DNA of 64,000 nucleotides from a virus. Taxonomy: Duplodnaviria > Caudoviricetes. Within the stretch, counting starts at the first letter, position 1. Each line of letters opens with the position of its first letter. Location: positions 28,564 through 92,563 of IMG/VR virus record IMGVR_UViG_3300044556_000025; one strand, 5' to 3'. The notes under the pieces are model-generated. The model searched no databases. It saw only the letters and a list, made by a program, of their open reading frames with translations, and was not told where the DNA came from. A program made the translations under genes and the position numbers. Below are positions 19,985 through 28,727 of the stretch, piece after piece.

Positions 19985-20131
19985 ATGAAAACAGAACTCA
20001 ACAAAGGACAACACTCAGTATACCTACTAACATACCACCCCGTACTCGTCGTCAAATACCGCCACAAAGCAATAACCGAACAAATCGCCATCATCAAACA
20101 ATACATCGCAAGCAGCCAACAAGGCAAGTGA
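19985..20131 (+). pseudogene. tnpA: Internally deleted Y1 transposase TnpA
   Basis: MKTELNKGQHSVYLLTYHPVLVVKYRHKAITEQIA|IIKQYIASSQQGK*: the TnpA N-terminus joined directly to the catalytic-Tyr helix, HUH motif absent. Confidence 0.85.
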
Positions 20132-20137
20132 CAGACG

Positions 20138-21685
20138 ATGACAACGCACGCCTTCAAGACACAACACGGAGAGGAATACCGCATATACCCGAACACCGAA
20201 GCACAGCACTACTTCCACTGCAACTTCGGCTGCACCCGCAAGATGTACAACCTCCGCGTAGCCCAAATCACCGACGAGCAAACCGCCTACTTTGCCTATA
20301 AAGACGAGCACGACGGCTCACCAATCGGCTTCAACTACCACTGGATCACCGAAAAAGAAGCCAAACAAGAATACGAATACATGCGAGACGTCGATAGCCT
20401 CGCGCTCATGAATGCCCGCAAGAACTTCGACAAAGCATTCAAAGGCTACACCAAAGGCAAAAACGGCAAACCAAAATTCAAAAGCAAGAACCACTACCCA
20501 AGAACATTCAAAACAAACAACCTGACAACGCCGAGCGGTGACACAATCAGCATCTACCAATCGAGGGACAGCAAAACAAGCTACTTCCTGCACTTGCCAA
20601 AACTTGGCAAGCACGGCGGTGACGTGCCAATCGTCATAAATAGACATATCAACGGGCGAATTCTCAACGTCACCATCAAGTACACCGCATCAGGCAAATG
20701 GTTCGCATCAATCTGCTACGAAGAAATCATCACCGTAGAAGATGACGCCGATGAACTTGTTGCACAGTTGCTTACTATGACCGATGACGAGCTCGTGATG
20801 GCACTCTTCGCCGGTGACCTGGGACTGAAGACGTTCCTGACAAGCAATGATGGAACGTTCTTCGACGATCCCTGCCTTGATGACTACAAGAAGCTTCAAA
20901 AGAAGCTGCATAAAGCGCAGCGCAAGCTCGGCAAGAAATGTGCACGTTTGAAGAAGGAGAACAAAGCATTATGTGACGCTAAAAACTACCAGAAACAGCG
21001 GCAGAAGGTCGCACGTATTCAGGAGAAAATCAGGAACAAGCGGCATGATTTCCTGCATAAGCTCTCGCGTGAGCTCGTCAATAACCACGATGTGCTCATA
21101 TTCGAGGATTTGTGTGTAAGGGGCATGCTGAAGAATCATTTCCTGGCGCGTGGTATTTCTGATGCTGGTTGGGGCGCTTTTCTAACGTACTGCCAGTACA
21201 AGTGTGAATGGGCTGGTAAGAAATTTGTCAAGATTGATCGTTTCTTTCCGTCTACGCAGTTGTGCTCGGTATGTTTTGAGAAGGTTGGTCCCAAGGGGCT
21301 CAGTGGGTTGGGTGTTCGTTCTTGGGTTTGTCCTGAGTGTGGTGTTGAGTTCGATCGTGATTTGAATGCGGCGTGGAACATCTTGTTTGAGGGTTTGCGT
21401 GTGTTGGGTGGGTCTGATGCGCGTTGGCTTGTGGTGTTGTCGCGTGTGCGTTCGTGGTATGTTGCATCCGTGATGGGGTGCTGCGCCGATGGGACGTCGG
21501 TTAAGAGCTTGGGTGTGTCTGCGAACGGCGTGGGGTCCGCTGTGGACACGAAAGCTGGCATGTACACTGTAAAGCAGCCCAGTGTTTCAAGCGGCAGTAA
21601 TGTCGTTGCTGGGTGTGGTCTAGGCGAGCCGGTTGTTTCCAAGAAGAAGGATTGCATGATTTCTTACGCTTCAGTCGGGGCGTAG
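20138..21685 (+). CDS. tnpB: RNA-guided endonuclease TnpB
   Basis: YRIYPN...FGCTRKMYN HTH; GDLGLK, IFEDL and DRDLNAAWNI RuvC D-E-D all intact; CSVC/CPEC Zn finger; long C-terminal tail overlapping the omegaRNA region. Confidence 0.95.
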   Translation: MTTHAFKTQHGEEYRIYPNTEAQHYFHCNFGCTRKMYNLRVAQITDEQTAYFAYKDEHDGSPIGFNYHWITEKEAKQEYEYMRDVDSLALMNARKNFDKAFKGYTKGKNGKPKFKSKNHYPRTFKTNNLTTPSGDTISIYQSRDSKTSYFLHLPKLGKHGGDVPIVINRHINGRILNVTIKYTASGKWFASICYEEIITVEDDADELVAQLLTMTDDELVMALFAGDLGLKTFLTSNDGTFFDDPCLDDYKKLQKKLHKAQRKLGKKCARLKKENKALCDAKNYQKQRQKVARIQEKIRNKRHDFLHKLSRELVNNHDVLIFEDLCVRGMLKNHFLARGISDAGWGAFLTYCQYKCEWAGKKFVKIDRFFPSTQLCSVCFEKVGPKGLSGLGVRSWVCPECGVEFDRDLNAAWNILFEGLRVLGGSDARWLVVLSRVRSWYVASVMGCCADGTSVKSLGVSANGVGSAVDTKAGMYTVKQPSVSSGSNVVAGCGLGEPVVSKKKDCMISYASVGA

Positions 21686-21752
21686 CAGTTCAGAAGCCCC
21701 TCCTGAACCACGGCTCAGGAGGGGAGGTTCATACCATTCAATTTGACGGATG
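21484..21752 (+). ncRNA. Predicted TnpB omegaRNA (scaffold plus flanking guide accattcaatttgacggatg)
   Basis: Established IS200/IS605 biology: the right-end-derived RNA overlaps the tnpB 3' end. Hairpins gccgatgggacgtcggt and the right-end stem are present; 5' boundary approximate. Confidence 0.55.
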
Positions 21753-21983
21753 TCATCATAATAGCCCAAGCGCTATTTGGGTTAGGGTGTTTTACGATAG
21801 ATCTCATAGATACGAAGTCTTTCTGTACTCTAGTCTAGACAGCCTTTTCAGTAACTGGGCAAAAGATAATCATTCGCCATTCTTGAACCGAATTTTGTGT
21901 GTATAACGTAAAATCATATACATATATATAATACATTGTATGATAAAAAATTGTTAAACAATGTATTATGAAGGATGATTTAA

Positions 21984-22181
21984 ATGGGTCAAGACTACAC
22001 GTTTGTGCAGGTAGTAATATGCGATAACTGTCAATTCTGCACAGACAAAGAGCTGATGAACGGTCATCGTCGTCGCGGGTTCTGCAGAAAGGGGCACAGC
22101 TGGGTTCCGCTAGGAAGAGAAAAGCAGTGCATGTATCATCAAACTAAAGGAGACAGACATGCTAAAACTTGGCGAAGGTAA
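21984..22181 (+). CDS. Small Cys-rich hypothetical protein
   Basis: CDNCQFC; AAGGA RBS. Confidence 0.65.
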   Translation: MGQDYTFVQVVICDNCQFCTDKELMNGHRRRGFCRKGHSWVPLGREKQCMYHQTKGDRHAKTWRR

Positions 22182-22581
22182 TCGAGAAGTTTCAAAGCTT
22201 GAGTTTCCGAAGGATCATAACGGTCACACTATCAGGTTTGGAACGTTTGTATGCCCGGAAGGTCAGTCTTTTGTTGACAACGTAAACCTTGCCGAACCCG
22301 TTAAAGAAATCCGTTTTTATAAGAACGGCAACGGCAGAATTTCTGCCGGTAAAAATAACCGCTCGCAGTACGTCTTCCGTGACGGGGTAGTAAACGACGC
22401 TTTTGTACTTACGTTCGAGTACATGATGGATTGGCTTAAGAAGTGCTCAAATCGCGAGGAAGAGATTTCTGCTAAGGGTAAGGAAATGACTGAAAAAGAC
22501 TTTGCAGAGCTCGAAATTCTTACAATTAGTATTCGAAAGGCAAGCACTATCATTTCTAGCATTGCTCTGTTTGGAGAATAG
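22159..22581 (+). CDS. Hypothetical protein
   Basis: AAGGAG RBS, 140 aa. Confidence 0.7.
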   Translation: MLKLGEGNREVSKLEFPKDHNGHTIRFGTFVCPEGQSFVDNVNLAEPVKEIRFYKNGNGRISAGKNNRSQYVFRDGVVNDAFVLTFEYMMDWLKKCSNREEEISAKGKEMTEKDFAELEILTISIRKASTIISSIALFGE

Positions 22582-22582
22582 C

Positions 22583-22861
22583 ATGGCAAAGTACATGAAA
22601 AAGCCCGTAGTAATCGAAGCTTTTAAGTCCGGAATCGACAAATGGCCCGACTGGTTTTCTAAAGCTATCGAAGACGGAACGGTAAAGTTTCCGGACGACA
22701 AAGGATTTAAGACAAACGTATATTGCACTATCGAAACGTTAGAAGGAACTCACATCGCCTCTATCGGAGACTATATCGTTCGAGGGGTAGAGGGCGAGCT
22801 TTACCCTTGCAAGTACGAAATTTTTGAAATGACATATGACAAGGTACCTGAAGACAAGTGA
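22583..22861 (+). CDS. Conserved phage protein (KKPVVIEA...TLEG...GDYI..GV.GELYPCK family, PGDYG-like)
   Basis: Recognisable motif; GGAG RBS; paralogue at 34047. Confidence 0.75.
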   Translation: MAKYMKKPVVIEAFKSGIDKWPDWFSKAIEDGTVKFPDDKGFKTNVYCTIETLEGTHIASIGDYIVRGVEGELYPCKYEIFEMTYDKVPEDK

Positions 22862-22982
22862 GTTTAGATACTCCAAGTTTGCAAGTATATCGGAATATAC
22901 TTTAAAGATCGTCTATACATTGTAAACGATTCTTCTCTTCAGTATTAAAAATATCAAGTCATCCGGCTGTAAAACTTGTATT

Positions 22983-23020
22983 ATAGGTATTGACTTTTCA
23001 TAAGTCGGTACTTATAATAT
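22983..23020 (+). promoter_or_regulatory. Strong early-type promoter, copy 1
   Basis: ATAGGTA-TTGACT-17 bp-TATAAT-AT. Confidence 0.75.
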
Positions 23021-23057
23021 TGTTGTAGGAAGGGAAGAGTCGTCAGAAGGAGATATC

Positions 23058-23513
23058 ATGTCGTCTCTCAATCGCGTCAACAATCTCAATCTCAGAACCA
23101 TCAGCGAAGACGATCTTTACGATAACTACCCCAATTTTCTCATCACTGCCGATAAGATCGACATGCACGTCAATCGCAACGGAGAGATTTCGAAGCGATT
23201 TATTCGCAAAGAACATATCGAGAAGTTTGCATACACTGAGAACGAAGCATTCAACATCGGTTATGACATCGTATATAATCTCTCTAAGAATAACCGCCTG
23301 GTAGAATTTGTCAAAGACGAAAACGGCAATCTCATTCACGTCGTATATTGGGTTATCTCAAAGTCCATTATCAACGGAGTAGACGAAGGTCATCAGTACC
23401 CTGACATTGAGACCCTCGATAGCGTCAACGATAAGTACGATGACTCAAACGTTTGCTACCTTTACAACGCTCTGAAAGACGGATACAAGGCAACTCACCT
23501 AGACGTAGCATAG
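23058..23513 (+). CDS. Hypothetical protein under its own strong promoter
   Basis: AGAAGGAGA RBS; followed by a hairpin at ~23531-23554. Confidence 0.75.
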   Translation: MSSLNRVNNLNLRTISEDDLYDNYPNFLITADKIDMHVNRNGEISKRFIRKEHIEKFAYTENEAFNIGYDIVYNLSKNNRLVEFVKDENGNLIHVVYWVISKSIINGVDEGHQYPDIETLDSVNDKYDDSNVCYLYNALKDGYKATHLDVA

Positions 23514-23581
23514 CATCATCGTTAGCTAAGCCCGAGGGCCGTAAGGTTCGCGGGCACCTAGTTTAACCGGGGGTTAATATC

Positions 23582-23839
23582 TTGAGTAACAAAACTCAGG
23601 TACTAGAATTCAACGATCATGCTTATAGCAGTGTGTATTCTGCATATAGTATATTGAAGAATCTCTCTGATCCGGCACGCGAAGTTAGAGACAAACTAAA
23701 TGACCCTGAGCATACTGGCATATCTAAGGGTGACTATCGTCGATTCTGTCAGCAACTTGACAGATGCAACGAAGATCTCAGTAAGCTGTGTGCAATGATA
23801 GACGCAATTATCGACGATTCGGTGCTGAGCAATGATTGA
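23582..23839 (+). CDS. Hypothetical protein
   Basis: 85-aa ORF with TTG start, overlapping the next gene. Confidence 0.5.
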   Translation: MSNKTQVLEFNDHAYSSVYSAYSILKNLSDPAREVRDKLNDPEHTGISKGDYRRFCQQLDRCNEDLSKLCAMIDAIIDDSVLSND

Positions 23840-24431
23840 GAAGTATTCGTTCGGGCAAGACGTCCCTCCCAGCATCCACAACAACGTTATTGACTTGTAT
23901 AAGTCGTGGGAAGCAGACGAAATACGAGCCGATCTTCAGCCTCGTAGAAACGACATGATAAGCGTTTGCCAGAATCTTTCCCACGACTTTAACAAAGCCG
24001 TAGTTGTTCGATCTAATAACGCATTTCTCGGCAAGGCTGTTTACATTGTTGGACGACGTCGATACGATAGGCGAGGAACTGTCGGAACATATCACTACGA
24101 AAACGTTTATCACGCTGACTCTATGAGAGAAGTAATCGATTTACTTCATTCTAACAATTACACGGTTTTTGGGATAGATAATAACGTCACTACCAATAAG
24201 ATACCAAAGCAGCTAGGAACGTTTGAGATACCGCGGCTCTCAGCCTTTGTATACGGTGAAGAAACGACTGGACTATCTGATGACACTATAAATCTATGCG
24301 ATGATCTCGTTTATATACGTCAGCAAGGGAGCGTTCGTAGCTTAAACGTATCATGTGCAGCAACGTGTTGTATGTACGAATACACACGTCAATGGGCGTC
24401 TAACACTGTCCCTAACAAGTTCGTGAGGTGA
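23832..24431 (+). CDS. SpoU/TrmH-family RNA 2'-O-methyltransferase
   Basis: QNLSHDFN..VVRS.NAF, FVYGEETTGLS and IRQQGSVRSLNVS SPOUT motifs. Confidence 0.88.
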   Translation: MIEKYSFGQDVPPSIHNNVIDLYKSWEADEIRADLQPRRNDMISVCQNLSHDFNKAVVVRSNNAFLGKAVYIVGRRRYDRRGTVGTYHYENVYHADSMREVIDLLHSNNYTVFGIDNNVTTNKIPKQLGTFEIPRLSAFVYGEETTGLSDDTINLCDDLVYIRQQGSVRSLNVSCAATCCMYEYTRQWASNTVPNKFVR

Positions 24432-24435
24432 TATT

Positions 24436-24867
24436 TTGTCTGCCAAAGTTTTGTCTCGACATATGACCGAAATTAACAAAGACAACTGGCCTATAATGTT
24501 GTGTGCCGAAGTAATTCCTCTTAAAGTGTTCGAGTCTACAAAGTTTCTGGCCATTCTTTATAAACAGCGAGCTAACGATCTAGTTCGTCTTACTGTACGA
24601 AAGAAGTCAAAGAAGCGAGACGGCAATTGGGAAGACGGAATTACTTGGGACGAGCTTCAGACCATAAAGAACGAGTGTTTAGGAGAAGACGTAGAGTGTA
24701 TAGAAGTTTACCCAAAACAGAGTGACGTTATAAACGTGTCTAATATGCGTCACCTTTGGGTACTAGACGAACCTTGTAAGTATCGTTTTCCAAAAGAGAA
24801 ATCGATGTCTGACAGCGAAGCTGCAATGTTAGCTATTACACAACTTCTAACATCTTATAAAGGGTAA
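24436..24867 (+). CDS. Conserved phage protein (DUF7694-like)
   Basis: GITWDELQTIKNEC.GED..CIEVYP..SDVINVSNMRHLW. Confidence 0.65.
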   Translation: MSAKVLSRHMTEINKDNWPIMLCAEVIPLKVFESTKFLAILYKQRANDLVRLTVRKKSKKRDGNWEDGITWDELQTIKNECLGEDVECIEVYPKQSDVINVSNMRHLWVLDEPCKYRFPKEKSMSDSEAAMLAITQLLTSYKG

Positions 24868-24869
24868 AC

Positions 24870-25343
24870 ATGTACAACGACAGATTTATGGCAGAGGCAA
24901 TTATAGAAGCTAATCTTGGTGTAATTAGGAGAGACGGAGGACCGTTTGGTTCTGTAGTTGTAAAAGACGGTAAAGTTATCGGTCGAGGGCATAACGAGGT
25001 TCTCAAAAACGAAGACCCTACGTGTCACGGAGAAATCCAAGCTATTAGAGACGCTTGTAATAAATTAGACACATTCGACTTGTCAGGGTGCGAGTTATAC
25101 ACGACGTCTGAGCCTTGTGGTATGTGCCTATACGCATGTATGTGGGCACGAATCGACAAAGTGTATTATGGGTGTACGGTAGAAGACGCAGCGTCAATCG
25201 GTTTCGATGATCGTCAATTCGACAAAATTACTGGTCTTAACAGGGATAATGTTAAATCGTTTATTATTGAAACCAACGAAGGGCGTGATAATTGTGTCAA
25301 GCTATTCGAACGCTACGTCAAAACAAATCCGCAAACTTACTGA
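24870..25343 (+). CDS. Nucleoside/guanine deaminase (CDA/TadA superfamily)
   Basis: GGPFG, DPTCHGEI.AIR, LY.TSEPCGMC, WARI, GFDD. Confidence 0.9.
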   Translation: MYNDRFMAEAIIEANLGVIRRDGGPFGSVVVKDGKVIGRGHNEVLKNEDPTCHGEIQAIRDACNKLDTFDLSGCELYTTSEPCGMCLYACMWARIDKVYYGCTVEDAASIGFDDRQFDKITGLNRDNVKSFIIETNEGRDNCVKLFERYVKTNPQTY

Positions 25344-25752
25344 TCCAATTAGAGATAACCCCGGAGAGGGAAAACTCTACGTTCATGATTTCGACAAATT
25401 GAGGCGCCCATCGTATCTACTAGTGAACGCTATGATAAATCGTCGTCATCTAACTGACTATTTAAGTCACACAGATAAGTTCTATCACATGTTATTTGAC
25501 TTCGAAACGATATATGCCGTCACGTCGGTGGCATTCATTTATGGAATTCAAAACGGCAATTGGGCATGTTTGCCTTCGGAGATAATAGTAGCTACCGGTT
25601 TACTTTACGCAATTTGTTCTATTCTTACGTATGTTCGTTATAGGGTTGTAAAGAGCGAGATAGCTCGACAGTTACAAGATATAAGTGACTTTGTGTCTTT
25701 CTTGCAAGGTGTACTTTACAATGATTTCGAATATTACTCAAAGGCAGAGTAA
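25207..25752 (+). CDS. Putative membrane protein (true start probably downstream of 25343)
   Basis: Two hydrophobic segments in the C-terminal half; start uncertain. Confidence 0.45.
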   Translation: MIVNSTKLLVLTGIMLNRLLLKPTKGVIIVSSYSNATSKQIRKLTDPIRDNPGEGKLYVHDFDKLRRPSYLLVNAMINRRHLTDYLSHTDKFYHMLFDFETIYAVTSVAFIYGIQNGNWACLPSEIIVATGLLYAICSILTYVRYRVVKSEIARQLQDISDFVSFLQGVLYNDFEYYSKAE

Positions 25753-25755
25753 AGT

Positions 25756-27780
25756 ATGAATTTAATACAACGTGCTTCCGAGTCTAAAATGCGAGAACTT
25801 ATAAATAAATTGAACCAGGCTGCAAACGCATACTACAACGGTAAAGAGCTTATTACAAATTTCGAATACGACAGTATGCTAGACGAGCTAACAAAGCTTG
25901 AAAAGTCTTGTAATTTAGTACTCCCAGATAGTCCGAATGCTAACGTAGGGTACGAAACATGTTCTTCGGACAAAGTATTGCACGAGTTTCCAGCAAAGTC
26001 TCTCGACAAGACAAAAGACGTGTCTAAGTTTAGAGAAAACTTTGTTCGGCGCGGTGGCAACTTAGACAAAGTCGCTCTAATGTGGAAAATGGACGGTTGT
26101 ACGCTTCAGCTTACATATGACGACGGCAAACTAGTATGCGCAGCTACCAGAGGAGACGGCTACCAAGGTCAGAACGTAACAAATAACGCTAAATATATTG
26201 ACGGAATACCACAAACGGTTCATGACAAGTCTAAATTTACGGTGCGCGGGGAAGCTGTTATTTCTTACAAAGACTTCGAATTTATCAATTCTACGTTAGA
26301 CGATTCTGAAAAATTCAAGAACCCTCGCAACTTGGCATCAGCGTCTGTCACACTAAAAGACGAAGACGAAGTTAAGAATCGTCATATTAAGTTCTTCATG
26401 TTCGAACTTGTAGATCACGAAAAGAAGCGTAGCTGGGACTTCTATGATCGAGTAGTAACGTTTTCAGAGAAAAACGGTATCAATCACGTATTCTTGAAGA
26501 TTGTAGATGTAAACAAAGACACGGATAACTCGCCGTACATAGAAGACGTAATTAGCAGCAATGATTTCGACCCTAAACTCTATCCTTATCCCGTTGACGG
26601 TCTAGTCGGTGCATATCTCAACACAGAAATTACGGATAGCCTCGAGGGTACGGCACACCACCCCAACACACTTTACAGCTATGCGCTTAAGTGGGAAGAC
26701 AAGCCAGAGCAAACGACAATTCGTGACATTGTCTGGCAGCCGTCTAGAACAGGTCTACTTAACCCGGTAGCTATTTTCGACCCAGTTGAAATTGATGGTA
26801 CTACTGTTACAAAGGCTTCTCTACATAACGTGTCAATAATGAAAAAGCTTCACATTCACGTAGGTGACAAAGTTTCAGTCATAAAAGCTAATATGATAAT
26901 ACCACAGATTGTAGAAAATCTTTCTGACTGCCAAGATAGGGACGAAAATTACGAATACAATCTTAGAGTAATATGCCCCGAGTGTGGAGAGCACGGATAT
27001 CTAATACATTCTAAAAATGGCATACTTAATATGTATTGCCTCAACCCGAAGTGCTCGGCAATACTAATAGATGACATAACACACTACTGTTCTCGAGAGT
27101 GTATGGATATACAGGGTCTTTCGTACAAGACAATAGAGAGGTTTGTACATAAAGGCATTATTTCTTGTATAGCTGACATCTACAAGCTAGATGATCATAA
27201 AGATGAAATACTTTCAATGACTGGTTTCGACAAAATCTCCTACAACAACATAATTTCTTCTATAGAACATTCGTCTAAACATTGCACATTTACAAAGTTT
27301 GTTTCCGGCCTAGGAATAGCTCACATTGGCAGGTCTCAAGCTCAGAAGCTTTCTAACTTCTTTAAGGGCGATATTGGTAATTTCTTAGACTTCGAAGCTG
27401 ACAAATTTGTTTCAATGTCTATACCGGGGTTTGGATCGCAAATATTAGCTTCCTTAGCTACGTGGGCTGTCAGCGACCGTCATAAAGAAGCCGATGACAT
27501 CTATTCGTGCCTTATTCCATATATTAATACAGAAACTTCCAAAGGAAATATACTGAACGGACTTACGTTTGTCATAACCGGTAGTCTTAATCGCTTCAAG
27601 AATAGGAAAGAGCTCGAAGACAATATTGTTTCGAACGGAGGATCTGTTAGCTCGTCTGTCTCTAAGAACACATGTTATCTTATTTGTAATAAGCCGTCTA
27701 CGTCGTCTAAATACAAGAAAGCCGAAAGCTTGGAAATTCCGATAATCGACGAAGACAAATATATGGAAATGCTGGTATAG
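25756..27780 (+). CDS. ligA: NAD-dependent DNA ligase
   Basis: KMDG adenylation motif, TRGDG, RGE, NPRNLAS, DGLV, OB fold, Zn finger, HhH, BRCT (FVITGSL). Confidence 0.95.
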   Translation: MNLIQRASESKMRELINKLNQAANAYYNGKELITNFEYDSMLDELTKLEKSCNLVLPDSPNANVGYETCSSDKVLHEFPAKSLDKTKDVSKFRENFVRRGGNLDKVALMWKMDGCTLQLTYDDGKLVCAATRGDGYQGQNVTNNAKYIDGIPQTVHDKSKFTVRGEAVISYKDFEFINSTLDDSEKFKNPRNLASASVTLKDEDEVKNRHIKFFMFELVDHEKKRSWDFYDRVVTFSEKNGINHVFLKIVDVNKDTDNSPYIEDVISSNDFDPKLYPYPVDGLVGAYLNTEITDSLEGTAHHPNTLYSYALKWEDKPEQTTIRDIVWQPSRTGLLNPVAIFDPVEIDGTTVTKASLHNVSIMKKLHIHVGDKVSVIKANMIIPQIVENLSDCQDRDENYEYNLRVICPECGEHGYLIHSKNGILNMYCLNPKCSAILIDDITHYCSRECMDIQGLSYKTIERFVHKGIISCIADIYKLDDHKDEILSMTGFDKISYNNIISSIEHSSKHCTFTKFVSGLGIAHIGRSQAQKLSNFFKGDIGNFLDFEADKFVSMSIPGFGSQILASLATWAVSDRHKEADDIYSCLIPYINTETSKGNILNGLTFVITGSLNRFKNRKELEDNIVSNGGSVSSSVSKNTCYLICNKPSTSSKYKKAESLEIPIIDEDKYMEMLV

Positions 27781-27951
27781 ATGTTAAATTACGGACTAAT
27801 AAACGCAGCAGTCGTCCTAGCTATCGTATGCATGTTGCCTCTAGCTATTACGGCAATTTACTCTGTAGCAGAGTTCATTGTGGTAGTTATGGAAGTAATA
27901 GTTGACATGGTGTGTGACATATTTCACATTAATTCCGACAAAGACGACTAA
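27781..27951 (+). CDS. Small membrane protein (56 aa; not in the ORF track)
   Basis: MLNYGLINAAVVLAIVCMLPLAITAIYSVAEFIVVV...; starts immediately after the ligA stop. Confidence 0.55.
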   Translation: MLNYGLINAAVVLAIVCMLPLAITAIYSVAEFIVVVMEVIVDMVCDIFHINSDKDD

Positions 27952-27989
27952 TAGGTATTGACATTTACCTCTGATTCGCTATATAATAT
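27951..27989 (+). promoter_or_regulatory. Strong early-type promoter, copy 2
   Basis: ATAGGTA-TTGACA-18 bp-TATAAT-AT. Confidence 0.75.
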
Positions 27990-28025
27990 TTGTTACAGAA
28001 CAAAGTCAGGCGAACGGAGAGCATT

Positions 28026-28280
28026 ATGTTCTGGATCTTCCTTATTATCGTTGCCGGTGCGGTAGGAATTTATCTCATCTCTTGGATCGCATTGCTGTTC
28101 ATTTTCTGCGTACTCGTGTCGTTCCTTGCGACGGGTGACGTTGCAGGCGCAGTTGCGTGCATCGTCGGTCTCGCTTTCATATTCTTGATTGAGAAGACGA
28201 GACTCAGTAACACTGGCAGTTCTAGTAGCAATAACACTTCATCTTCTGAAAATTCTAATAGCAATCAAGAAAATTCTTAA
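28026..28280 (+). CDS. Small membrane protein with Ser/Asn-rich tail
   Basis: GGAG RBS; 2-3 hydrophobic helices. Confidence 0.7.
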   Translation: MFWIFLIIVAGAVGIYLISWIALLFIFCVLVSFLATGDVAGAVACIVGLAFIFLIEKTRLSNTGSSSSNNTSSSENSNSNQENS

Positions 28281-28316
28281 TAGGTATTGACATTCTCTGT
28301 CGAGTATCTATAATAT
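28280..28316 (+). promoter_or_regulatory. Strong early-type promoter, copy 3
   Basis: ATAGGTA-TTGACA-16 bp-TATAAT-AT. Confidence 0.75.
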
Positions 28317-28360
28317 AGTCAACGGCCAAGATATCAATCAACGTCCAGAAGGAGTATATC

Positions 28361-28660
28361 ATGTGCCACAACAAGAACGAGCTCAGGTCTGCAGTTGCTA
28401 AGTATCGTCGTCTCCGCGCTCAGAAGGACGATATCGATCGTCAGCTCAAGGATGCTCAGCAAGACATCTTCGACTATTTCGAGTACAACGGAATCTCAGC
28501 CGGTCAGAAGATCCAGGGACAGAACTACATCGTGTCCTACTCGAACGTCATCTCGAATCGCTGGGATAGCAAGCTCCTCGACTCGTTCCTCGCGTCTGAG
28601 GGCAGGAGTGCAAGCGAATTCAAGACTTCGTCTTCCTATCGTCGCCTCAATGTAAAGTAG
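28361..28660 (+). CDS. Small coiled-coil hypothetical protein (monocistronic early gene)
   Basis: AGAAGGAG RBS; own promoter and terminator. Confidence 0.8.
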   Translation: MCHNKNELRSAVAKYRRLRAQKDDIDRQLKDAQQDIFDYFEYNGISAGQKIQGQNYIVSYSNVISNRWDSKLLDSFLASEGRSASEFKTSSSYRRLNVK

Positions 28661-28671
28661 CTTAGATCCTT

Positions 28672-28716
28672 CGAGCGTAGCAGAAGTAAATAAAATCTGC
28701 TACGCTCGTTATTTTT
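28672..28716 (+). terminator. Rho-independent terminator
   Basis: cgagcgtagcaga...tctgctacgctcg plus ttattttt. Confidence 0.75.
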
Positions 28717-28727
28717 AGTTCAAGGCG

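Larger units (their letters stand above)
19916..21732 (+). mobile_element. Non-autonomous IS200/IS605 element (internally deleted tnpA plus tnpB)
   Basis: Abrupt composition change after TTGAC. Right end GAAG-cccctcctga-accacggc-tcaggagggg-agg-TTCAT. Removal rejoins an in-frame ORF. No left-end hairpin recognised. Confidence 0.8.

Noticed and set aside
6762-21685. Cas12f/Cas12-type CRISPR effectors or nuclease-dead TldR
   Set aside because: Both proteins sit within IS ends next to tnpA remnants, with no adjacent array. Catalytic residues appear retained (canonical in one, rearranged in the other)
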